Source of the DNA: Neophaeotheca triangularis
Lineage: Eukaryota
Length of the DNA: 20,000 nucleotides
Direction of reading: 5' to 3'
Assembly (NCBI GenBank): GCA_054600435.1
Contig: BAAIJX010000080.1
Coordinates: 46,128 to 66,127, forward strand
In this document: in pieces, positions 9,650-19,656 of the stretch
How the letters are laid out: every line of letters starts with the position of its first letter
Position numbering within the stretch: the stretch's first letter is position 1
Position numbers and translations under genes: made by a program
Notes under the pieces: generated by a model
What the model saw: only the letters and a program-made list of their open reading frames with translations
Told to the model about the DNA's origin: nothing
Databases searched by the model: none

Positions 9650-10720
9650 ATGCAACACGTGACCGATGGGCTGGTTGACGGCGACGGCTGGCTCTCGGAC
9701 GAGTCGACCTTCTACGGTAACAGAAACAGCTTAAGGTACAGTATATTCACTGCTAATGAGACAGTAGGCGACAGCGCCACGCGAGAAATACTTGAAAGAA
9801 AAGCCCGGAGAGAATTGGTCTTGCCTCTCTTTCCGATGTCGTTGAGTGGACAGCCCAAGCCTTCCGCTACCTCAGTACCAAAAGCGATTGAAATTAAAGC
9901 CGACTCGGAGACTGAGGGAGAGCCATCGCAGGACGACGATTTTTCAGCTGATAAGCCGTCGTGGCAAAAGGGCTCCGAAACCATCGTCGAATTCTTGAGA
10001 CGCCTCCCCGTCGCTGAGCCTTCTACTGCTCATGTAGGACCATGGCTTTGGGTGTACAATCCAAAAGCAAAGACTCGTCGCAAGCCCGACGTACCCGGCT
10101 TTATTGATACTGGCTCTCAGCTTCTTCAGACATTCCAGGCTCGACGAACTCGTACAGAAAACGAGAACCCAGACAAGAGCGCGGGCGTAATCACGCGGAA
10201 AATGGGACCCTTCTTGAAGCAATTACAGGACGACCTACTCGAGGCCGCAGTCGAGAGAAGCGTCACGTGCGGAAAATGGATGCTGTTCCCAAACCAAGAC
10301 GATCTGCCTCGATACTGGCGCGTCGTCGCGGAAGCCACGGCAGAGGGTAGACTGGGATCCGCTTCGAAAGTGGCCACCTTCAACGCCAACGACAGTGGTT
10401 TCGGCACCCTCATCTGCGTGTACACTTGCGACTTCACCGACATATCCGACATTCGCCAAGTACTGGACGAGCTCGTGGCGCTTGACTTGCTTTCGTCGGG
10501 CGGTAAGCCGATCTATTACAAAGCTGACGCCTACACTTACCTTGATATCAAGTCGAACAATGCTTATACGTTGAAGGCGAGCTTGTACTCCAGCCATGAA
10601 TGGGTGTCGAAGGACAACAAGAAAACGAAACCAAAGGCAGTGAAAGCGTCATTCTTCGGTAACAGTCTGCAATCGAATGGTCGAGCGAAGAGTCATGTCG
10701 GTGATGGATATGAATTCTAG
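9650..10720 (+). CDS. DUF1917 / Bles03-like protein (eIF4E-like fold), about 339 aa if the 51-nt intron 9717-9767 is spliced
   Basis: First ATG at 9650. N-terminal SDESTFYG, then EFLRRLP, GPWLWVYNP, TCGKWMLF, W..VAEAT..GRLG.ASKVA, LICVYT.DF.D..DI.QVL and IYYKADAYTYLDI, all typical of this family. Intron signals GTAACA...GCTAAT...CAGTAG. Confidence 0.85.
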   Translation: MQHVTDGLVDGDGWLSDESTFYGNRNSLRYSIFTANETVGDSATREILERKARRELVLPLFPMSLSGQPKPSATSVPKAIEIKADSETEGEPSQDDDFSADKPSWQKGSETIVEFLRRLPVAEPSTAHVGPWLWVYNPKAKTRRKPDVPGFIDTGSQLLQTFQARRTRTENENPDKSAGVITRKMGPFLKQLQDDLLEAAVERSVTCGKWMLFPNQDDLPRYWRVVAEATAEGRLGSASKVATFNANDSGFGTLICVYTCDFTDISDIRQVLDELVALDLLSSGGKPIYYKADAYTYLDIKSNNAYTLKASLYSSHEWVSKDNKKTKPKAVKASFFGNSLQSNGRAKSHVGDGYEF

Positions 10721-11514
10721 ATTGGGTTATGATGATGCTTTCGCGTGTGCGGCTTGCTGTGGTTTTTCTCGGGGCTTGCGCGTAGAGAACGATAGAATTT
10801 TGCTTTCCAGCGAGCTGAATGGTCTGTTATGTGGGTCAGCACGCTCAATGCATCTCTATCCATTGCTCAGTAGCTGCCACCCTCGAGGCAAACAGATGGC
10901 ATGAAGACACACTCGGGATGGATGGCCGAGAAGAACGGGAAGAAATTGGCCGCGCGAGTTTTATAGATACCCCAGCACTCACCAGCGCTTGCTCTTCTAC
11001 TGAGTAGGACGATGATAACGAACGTCTGTTTAATAAAAGAATGTCTGTGCAAAAATGATCGAAATCCACTCGCGAGGAGGTAGAGACTGAAGAAAGGAAG
11101 AGAGCTCAAGAAAGAACAAAATCGACCCTCAAAAAAGAAGCAATTTCGGCAACTCATGTACATCTGCCCAGTCGTCGTGATAGTTGCAAAAAGCAAGCCC
11201 AGAATCGCTACGCAAACAGACACACTCCAGGGAAAAGCCTCGAAAGTCGTCTGGTAGCTAGCGCCGTCAAACAGTACGCGAGACTTGTAAACCGGAGACG
11301 CATCGACTTGCTCTCGCCATTCGTTTCCACATTCCCTTGAACGCCGAAACTCCGCGCTAAAATGTCACAAATGCTCTGTACCAGCCACAGCGTAGATCCC
11401 ACCCGTCATTTTGACCGTCTTTGCCCGTCCTGGCCCATACCCAGACCAGAGAAGCACCCAAGTACGCCTCATTCTCGTCGTAAGCCATGCCATTGTCGTT
11501 CCCGCTTGGCCTTA

Positions 11515-13941
11515 CTAAGACCCTGGACTTCCTCCTAGCCAAGCATCCAAATCCGCTTGCTCGCCCATGTTCAGCGCCGGCATCTCATAGTCATAGTCCT
11601 CGTCGATGCGCCAGAGATCGTGCTGCTGCTCGTGGTGCGACGTAATCCTGGCACCAACGGAACCCGCGAAACCGTTCTTTTCGCCGAAGTTGAAGCTTCC
11701 GTGGCAGCTGGAAGGGACGTCGAAATCGCTGGTGAAGACGCTCGAGCCGGAACTGTCGCTCGCGCCTGGCGGGCTGAAAGCGTCGCCGCCTAAGCCGGGG
11801 TTTGTGTCGATGGCGCCAAAGTTGAAGTCTGCGGCGTCTGGGGCGAAGATGTCGTAAGCTTCGTCTGGGGGGCTAGAACCACCTTCGAAAATGTTGGCGG
11901 TGGTTTGGTTTTCGTTGGCGGTGGTTGTGGCGAGTTTGGCGTGAGGGAGCGGCGGTGAAGAGTGCACGCTCAGTGCGGAAGGTGAGACACAATTGTTTGC
12001 GTTGAGCGGTGCGCTGTTGAAATCGAAAGTTGAAGGGTCTTGCGATTTGCTGTCTGCGGGTGTCTTGTGTTGAGTGGTGTTCGCTGCGGGCGAGGTGCCA
12101 CTCACCGGGGAGGTCGGTGGGGTGTCGCGCCATTGCTGCACCGTTGGGTCGAAGGAAGACTGGTCTAGCATGTCGATGAAAGCGCTTGCGTCGTAGTGGC
12201 CGCTGGTGTCTTCAGGTGTCGGCGGGAGACTGCTATGGCCTGAGCTGGAGCTAGCGTAGTGCTGCTGTTGACCTCGCTGAGAGGAATCAAGCTGTCGAGC
12301 GCGCTGCGCCTTCTCAGTCCTCTCATCTATGGTTGGGCGATCATCGCGGATCTTCCTTGGCCTGCCACGAGGTTTGCGCTCGCTTCGCGCCTTTTCAAAG
12401 CCTGGAAGGGCACCCTCACACATGCCACGCTGCCGGTGGCGCGTCAATGCGTCTTTGCGAGCAAACTTCATACCACAAACGCATTCGGCGGACTTGTCGC
12501 CGCTGTGGATCTTTGCGTGGCGCTTGAGGTCGTGTTGACGGACGAAGCGCTTGCCGCACGGATTGCAAAGGTAGGGACGGTCCCCCAAGTGAGTCTGAAT
12601 GTGAGCACGGATGTTCTCCTTACGCCCGAAAGACGAGGCGTTGCACTCAGGGTACATGCACTTCCATTTGTTGTCTTTGGGATCCTGCTCTGACATGTAA
12701 TGTTGAATTTGTTCAGAGGTAACCTCGGTCCGGACAATACTGGCGTCGATGTCGAGAGCGTCCAGTGCAGCCTGGCGAGGCGACATGGGTCTAGGCGGGC
12801 CGTTGAGGAAGAATTCTTCATCTCCATCTGCCCCAGCAGTAGCTTGGAGCAGTATGTCTTGTTGACCCATAGTCGCCTCAGGATCCTCTTCATATAGTGT
12901 TGGCATGTGGGGAGTGCTCATTTGCGGTGGCGGGGAGGAGTTCGCAACAGAAGAAGAGTATGCAGAAGATGCATAGCCTTGTCCATTCTCAACGAAGCCA
13001 TTTTGGCCAAAGTTACCCTGAGAGTGGTTGTACGACGCCTCGGTTACCTGAATAGTGGGCTCCATTCCGTACCCTGAAGGCATAGGCGCAACATCGAACT
13101 GGTAGCTTTGACTCCGGGCGTGTTTGGCATGGGGAGGGGGAGGACTGGACCACACTTTGCAATTCTGCGGCGTGTTCGGCACCGTGTGGGACTGAGGGTG
13201 TCCAGAATAGGCTGTTGGTGTTTGTGGCCTAGCAAAGCCCATCGCCTGAAGTTGCTGCATGTTCATACCCGAATTCACTGACATCTCGTCCATAGGCGGC
13301 TGAGAGTTGTCAAGGCGAGGTACGTTGATGCTGGATGTCGCGGGCAGTCCGGTCGGGTAATTCATACCAGCATGGAGATTGGGCGATGCACCGTAGGTTG
13401 CCTTGTACCACTCGATGTGATGTTGCAACTCTTGGGCCGCTCTCTCGGGGTCCGGTACAGAGACATTCGATTGATGTTGATGTTGGTGTTGGGGTGTATT
13501 TTGTTGCGGTTGTGGTTGCTGTGGTTGTTGAGACATTTGGTTTCCATCTTGTCGTCCGTTCAGTTGTTGTTGAAGATGGCTGGTGAAATCCATCGCTTGA
13601 TGGAAGCCCGGCTGGGCCATGGGTCTGTGCTGCTGCGCTGCTTGCACGAAATGCTGTGGGTTTGATTGTTGTAGTCCTGTGTTAGTATCCATACTTACCA
13701 TTGGCGACTGTAAATGTTGCTGGGGTTCCTGCTGATATTGAACCGGACGAAAGCCGTTGGGCGTCGTCATGCGGGTCAGACTTTGGTCGAGACTGAGACC
13801 GCGACGATGGCCGTGGTGGGATTGAGGTCGTCGGGGGTTCGTAGGAAGGGGAGTCGCCAGTATTGGAACTTCGAGCGATTGCTGACGGCGGTGTTGTTGG
13901 CGCCGCTTCTGGATGCTCGAATGGGGGTTGTTGGACAGCAT
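11515..13941 (-). CDS. ACE2: Ace2/Swi5-family C2H2 zinc-finger transcription factor, 808 aa
   Basis: Finger array CMYPEC..FGRKENIRAHIQTHLGDRPYLCNPCGKRFVRQHDLKRHAKIH..C.CGMKFARKDALTRHRQRGMC is diagnostic of Swi5/Ace2. It is followed by AT-hook-like KPRGRPRK. The N-terminus is Q-rich with HxRxxS sites. ATG at 13941 has a strong context (aaaATG). Confidence 0.9.
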   Translation of the reverse strand: MLSNNPHSSIQKRRQQHRRQQSLEVPILATPLPTNPRRPQSHHGHRRGLSLDQSLTRMTTPNGFRPVQYQQEPQQHLQSPMVSMDTNTGLQQSNPQHFVQAAQQHRPMAQPGFHQAMDFTSHLQQQLNGRQDGNQMSQQPQQPQPQQNTPQHQHQHQSNVSVPDPERAAQELQHHIEWYKATYGASPNLHAGMNYPTGLPATSSINVPRLDNSQPPMDEMSVNSGMNMQQLQAMGFARPQTPTAYSGHPQSHTVPNTPQNCKVWSSPPPPHAKHARSQSYQFDVAPMPSGYGMEPTIQVTEASYNHSQGNFGQNGFVENGQGYASSAYSSSVANSSPPPQMSTPHMPTLYEEDPEATMGQQDILLQATAGADGDEEFFLNGPPRPMSPRQAALDALDIDASIVRTEVTSEQIQHYMSEQDPKDNKWKCMYPECNASSFGRKENIRAHIQTHLGDRPYLCNPCGKRFVRQHDLKRHAKIHSGDKSAECVCGMKFARKDALTRHRQRGMCEGALPGFEKARSERKPRGRPRKIRDDRPTIDERTEKAQRARQLDSSQRGQQQHYASSSSGHSSLPPTPEDTSGHYDASAFIDMLDQSSFDPTVQQWRDTPPTSPVSGTSPAANTTQHKTPADSKSQDPSTFDFNSAPLNANNCVSPSALSVHSSPPLPHAKLATTTANENQTTANIFEGGSSPPDEAYDIFAPDAADFNFGAIDTNPGLGGDAFSPPGASDSSGSSVFTSDFDVPSSCHGSFNFGEKNGFAGSVGARITSHHEQQHDLWRIDEDYDYEMPALNMGEQADLDAWLGGSPGS

Positions 13942-14069
13942 TTTCGTTTTGAGTGATCGGCTCTTCACACGAGTGTATGAATGCTAGAGATCACTTGTGG
14001 CAAGCTGAGTCCGGGGATGTGTTGTCGATGTACGAAGAGCAAGTCAATGCCTCCGCTTTGGATCCGGTA

Positions 14070-14124
14070 CTGTGCAGGCGGTCAGCGGTGGTGCCTCCCG
14101 AGATATGCTTCTCATTCAACGTAC
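14070..14124 (-). other. 55-nt intron in the 5'UTR of the Ace2/Swi5 gene
   Basis: Minus strand reads GAG|GTACGT (14124) ... GCTGAC branch (14086-14081) ... CACAG (ends 14070). Size is canonical. Splicing removes the only upstream AUG between 14124 and the start codon. Confidence 0.75.
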
Positions 14125-14448
14125 CTCACGCAGTGCAAGCCGCGCTCGCCGGGCGCGTTGTGTTCGTTTAGCTACACCAGTAGCGACAAGCCAATGTCTG
14201 TCACGAGGATGGGATCAAGTCGGCCTTCAGGCCTCGGAGCTGGAGGCGTTGGTAGAAGTTGCGGCCGGCGAACTTGTGTCTCGAGGGTAGGTAGGCAGTG
14301 ATAGGAGGTGTCTTTGCGGTTGTGAGAGGTTTAATGTGTGTGTGGTATGTTTGAGGTTTGAGGTGTAGTCTTTCGAAAAGAAAGAGGCTGGGATGAAGCG
14401 GCCTTGAGTGAAGGATGAAAGTCTGGCGATGTCAATGTTGATCTGTAG

Positions 14449-15275
<827 letters not shown>

Positions 15276-15530
15276 AGGAGCGAGAGGTAGCGATGGAAAC
15301 ACTGGGCAGCTAGTGCGATAGATAGCAGTCAAAGCATTTCCGTCGCACCAAACAATTACCAATACTACGTGAATCTTCTACTCGTAGTGATGACCAAATA
15401 TGCGTCGAATCACGTTTGAAGCTTCCGTGAATGCTGCGCTACGAGTAGAAATTTCGCACGAAGGGTACTATCGCTTGAACGCTATGAACTCAGTCCTCCT
15501 TCGTCTCATCGTGATCATGCAGCACTCTGT

Positions 15531-16712
15531 TCAGCCGAAATGCAGACACTCCTGGTTGAAAGCATGCAACAGCTTCAGGAAGTCCGTCTCGTCACACATC
15601 CTCGCACGCTTGTCGGCAAGCTGCACGTCGTCCTCCAAAACCTTCCTGACTTTTTCTCTCACAAGCTCGGCAACCCTCCCTTTCTTCTTTCTGTTCGGGT
15701 TGCCCAGCGCCTTCTTCGCCTTGCGATCCGCCTCCTCCTTGAAGAAATCCGGCACGTCCTCGTCTTCATCCACATCCATGATCCCATCCCACTCCTCCTC
15801 AACCTGTTCGGCCCCACCATCCACATCCATTCCATCCGCCTCCCCTTGCTGCTCCAACGGACTATCATCCAGCACGACATCGTTCTGCGCGCAAAAAGTC
15901 CTGTAGTTCCCCTCCAACATCTCCATAACACTCGTGGTCGCCAAGAACGCGCTCCTCAGAACGCGATTCTTCCGGACAAAACAGACCCGCAGCAACCCAT
16001 CCCATTCCTCGTAACTGACCTGTGGCCGCGGGTTCTTCGGCTGAATCCTAACGACATTCGACTCGACCAACGGCGGCGGGTTGAAATTGTTCCTCCCGAC
16101 CTTCATCACATGGCTGACCTTGGCCCACATCTGCGCGTTCACGCTCAGCCGGCTGTAAAGCCGCTCCCCGGGTCTCGCAAACAAACGCATCGCGAACTCC
16201 CGCTGGAACATGAGCACGCAAGTCCGTGGGCTCGGGCTCGTGGCTAGCAGCTTGAAAGTCAAGGGGCTTGAAATCTGGTATGGTGTGTTGGAGATGCAGA
16301 CGTCAAAGTACGGCAGCGTTTCCATCTTGATGACATCTCCCAATACCAACTCCAATCGCTTAGCGGCAGGCGTGCCTTGGAATCGCTTCGTGAGTTCGGC
16401 AGCCATGCGCGGATCTTGCTCGCAGGCTATGACCTTTTTCGCTTTTTCCAGAATGCGGGTTGTGAGGTTGCCCGTTCCCGGGCCGACTTCGAGGACGGTG
16501 TCGGATTGTTTGAGGTCGGCTTTGTCGACAATCGCTTGCGCAACACCGGGATTCTTGAGCATGTGCTGGCCTATGTCGGTGTTCATTTTGAAGATGTTGT
16601 GAGCGGCTTTTTGCGCTTTGGCGGCTTTTTCGGTGGATTTGCTGTTGGTGTTGTTGCCGTAGCGGGCGGTTTTGGAGACGCCGCCATGGCTGGTCTTGGG
16701 TGTTTTTGCCAT
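15531..16712 (-). CDS. DIM1: 18S rRNA dimethyladenosine transferase (KsgA/Dim1 family), 393 aa
   Basis: GQHMLKNPGV, SAM-binding VLEVGPGTGNLT, EQDPRM, SNTPYQISSP, MFQREFA, YSRLSVN and FNPPPLVES. First ATG at 16712. No intron. Confidence 0.97.
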   Translation of the reverse strand: MAKTPKTSHGGVSKTARYGNNTNSKSTEKAAKAQKAAHNIFKMNTDIGQHMLKNPGVAQAIVDKADLKQSDTVLEVGPGTGNLTTRILEKAKKVIACEQDPRMAAELTKRFQGTPAAKRLELVLGDVIKMETLPYFDVCISNTPYQISSPLTFKLLATSPSPRTCVLMFQREFAMRLFARPGERLYSRLSVNAQMWAKVSHVMKVGRNNFNPPPLVESNVVRIQPKNPRPQVSYEEWDGLLRVCFVRKNRVLRSAFLATTSVMEMLEGNYRTFCAQNDVVLDDSPLEQQGEADGMDVDGGAEQVEEEWDGIMDVDEDEDVPDFFKEEADRKAKKALGNPNRKKKGRVAELVREKVRKVLEDDVQLADKRARMCDETDFLKLLHAFNQECLHFG

Positions 16713-17284
16713 GATTGTGTTCGGAACCACTGCAGTCGTCGTGTCGAGGGTTCTGCACCGGGAGGAGAAAAAGGCCTCGAGCAAGAATCTCTGGAAGCAT
16801 TTGGCGCTTTGACGCGCCTTGGCGGCAGCGGAAATAGATCCGATATCTCGGGCGTCTGCAGGGGATGAGCCTATGAGGCAGTCGCCCCAAGGCGAAACGA
16901 CACTTTCACATTGCTAGAGACTAACACAGACCCCTATTCAGTGAACGAGAGGATTCAATGCTGATCATGAGGTCCGACTGTTGACCCGATTATGATGTTG
17001 AATCACGTTCGGCCCAAAGCGAATTACTACCAGTAGGGTAGACCTATCGATCTCGGCGAGCTCAAAGAAGTTACTCGAGTCTCCTTCATACGGGAAAGGC
17101 TAATGAATACCCATGTAATATTAGAGCAGAGATCAGCGTGCAATCGAGGGTCAAAAACCATCCTACTAGTGCAGAGGCGACTTGGTGCATTAAGAAGCCG
17201 CTGCATCAATCACGGCCACGATAGTGAAGGATCTCTTGTGCACCAGTGATGTTTCTTGAGCGTTGAAGAGGAAATGGCAAGGTA

Positions 17285-17338
17285 GATAAGATAAGATAAG
17301 ATGATAAGATAAGATAAGATAAGATAAGATAAGATAAG
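17285..17338 (+). repeat. Pentanucleotide microsatellite (GATAA)3-GAT-(GATAA)7
   Basis: Read directly from the sequence: ten GATAA(G) units with one truncated GAT unit at 17300-17302. Confidence 0.97.
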
Positions 17339-17515
17339 AAGAAATGTCGACCCCTCCCTCCTTCGCACCTTAAACTGACCCTTCTACCGCCCCTCACCTC
17401 ACCTCATGACTTCGGTACGGTTAGAAACTAACTTAACCTCCGAAATTGGAACGCTTGACACCTAAGTAGTGACGCAAAACAGACATTGGTGAGCAGGCCT
17501 CCAGATCGCTGCGCC

Positions 17516-18736
17516 ATGACTTTCCTCAGCTTTGGGCAAAAGTTAGTCTTACGCCCACTCGATTAGCACCCATCTGATCACAACTCTGAACCCAAAGCCA
17601 GGATGCCGCCACGTCTGACGGTGACGGCTGATGACAAAGATTTCGACACGGAGGTTCTCCAGCACTTTCGCGATGAAGGTTTCCAAGTCGAATACCTCGC
17701 CTACACGGGCAATGAGAAGACGTACAGATCGTTGCTTTCGGGCTTAGCAGATGATCTCGAATTGGGCGAAACATACGCAGTGGTTGCCTACGGGGACGCG
17801 GCATCAGTAGCTCTGGACCACTACATCAAACCTCAGCCTAAAGTCGCAGCACTTGTCGCCTATTATCCTCTCCACATTGCCAACCCAAACGCTCGCTACC
17901 CTCCCCATCTCGAACTCCAATGCCACATTGCGGGCTCACAAAACTTCGCCCCCGCCTTCAACTCCTACACCTACACCGGTGCGGAGGTAGGCTTTGCGGA
18001 GCGGGATCTCGCAGACTTCGACAAGATCAGCGCATCATTGGCCTGGACGCGCACGCTCGGCATCCTCCGCAAAGCCTTCAAAATCGAAGTCGATCTCGAG
18101 AAGATCTGGGAAGAGCATGTGGCGCTCGAGTTTGCGACAAAAGACGCCGCAGCCACGATGCGCACAATGGTGCCTGAGCCCTATGTCAACCATATTCCCA
18201 CGCTCACGGGAGGCATTGGGCAGAAGGATTTGTTCTTGTTTTACCGCGACTACTTCATCCCGCAGAACCCCCCGAGCCTGGTCATGAAGCTCGTTAGCCG
18301 TACGGTCGGTGTTGATCGCGTGGTTGACGAAATGATTATCAGTTTCAAGCACACGCAACAAGTGCCTTGGATGCTGCCGGATGTGCCGCCTACGGAAAAG
18401 CAGGTCCACGTTTCCATGGTTGGAGTGGTGTGTATCCGGGGCGGGAAACTGTATCACGAGCACCTGTACTGGGACCAGGCGTCAGTGCTGGTGCAAATCG
18501 GGTTACTGGACCCTAAATTGGTACCGGACTCGATGAAGGCGAAGGGCATGGAACGCCTGCCAGTATACGGCAAGGAGGTCGCCGAGAAGGTGCTTGATGA
18601 GAGTAGTCAGCCCAGCAACGAATTGCTGTCAAGTTGGAAGGACCGGCCGAAAGGCGATCCTGGAGCTTTGCCCAACAGACCCAAGCAGGCGGCGCAGAAT
18701 GCGAACGGAAGCACGAATGACAATGCGGAAGGATAA
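17516..18736 (+). CDS. Dienelactone-hydrolase-like alpha/beta domain fused to a SnoaL/NTF2-like domain; 377-aa ORF from 17603, probably 386 aa with a 5' exon 17516-17541
   Basis: N-terminal half has VVAYGDAA, LVAYYP, YTY.GAEVGFAE.D...FDKISASLAWTRTL. C-terminal half has LEKIWEEHVALEF, TM.TMVPEPYVNHIPTLTGG.G, DRVVDEM...F.HT..VPWMLP and KLYHEHLYWDQASVLVQIGLLD. The 5' exon needs a 60-nt GTTAGT...CAG intron (17542-17601) and is less certain than the main ORF. Confidence 0.88.
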
Positions 18737-19656
18737 GAGAGGCTGAAACTACCTAGGCAATAATATGACGACTTTGACGAATACTGCCAGCGCATGGCCA
18801 CTAATCTTCACTCTATCAATATTCTTCGGTCTGGCCCTTGGTCCCATGTAGTTGGTTTGGGTGAAGTATTCGAGGGAGCGATGAGCGCGGTAAGAGGGTA
18901 ACACGATCAAGCTGAGTGGATAGATGGTCGTCAGAGTAAATGCCCGGCGATGGAATCACGTCGCACTTGGTCAACGGGCTGGTATCCCGTCAAGATGCAG
19001 CCAGCCGAGGCAACAAGACGAGCAGCGATGCATTCAGTCAGCGCGCAAGTATGGGGAATCGGGGGAGGAGATTCAGATCTCTTTAGCAAACGACAAGCGC
19101 TGAGCAACCGAGGTTTGAAAAGAGCAATTTTTGGCGGAAAGTGGTACATTGCAAGATGCCATGGCCCTTGGTGTTGATTTGTCGCAAAAACTGATGCATG
19201 CAGCAGCATACCACCTACCTATGTGATTGCTCGCGACGGTCGCTTCGAATTGCACGAGAAGGGTGAAGTGGCTGCCGGGAACGGAACGGTTTCGAGACAA
19301 GGTTTCATATATCATGTCGGTACCTACCCGAGTACTATAAGTACTAAGTAGGTCAGGTACCTAGTTCTCGGACAGAGTCGGCAAGATCGGCTACAGGAGC
19401 TCGGAAGCCCGAGGGCAGTCGGGACGAACGCACTGATTCCGAGCGCTTCGCGTCTGTGTGGAACCGGAAGGGCTCATACCGGGCCGGAAGCCTAAAAGTA
19501 GAACTAGTAATGGGCACAAGGTGGAAACAAAATCATGACTCTCTCTGCATGGAAGTGGCCATGGATACTTGCAGTTTCATCAGGCAGCGCCAACCTCACC
19601 ACTGTTGGAGAGTCGTGAATAAGTTGTGCTAGTAGGTGAAACGGCAGTGAGTAGTA

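Noticed and set aside
10867..11223. Hydrophobic 118-aa ORF resembling a small membrane or secreted protein
   Set aside because: Non-ATG start; the Phe/Leu/Ser richness reflects the T-rich presumptive 3'UTR of the Ace2 gene.
15690..15890. Long acidic insertion near the DIM1 C-terminus
   Set aside because: In frame with no splice signals; as far as I recall this is ordinary for filamentous ascomycete Dim1.
15540..16247. 235-aa plus-strand ORF
   Set aside because: Antisense shadow of DIM1, explained by codon bias.
16864..16869. PAC-like GATGAG about 150 bp upstream of DIM1
   Set aside because: A single 6-mer core without the full GCGATGAG or a clear RRPE partner; plausible but not distinguishable from chance.
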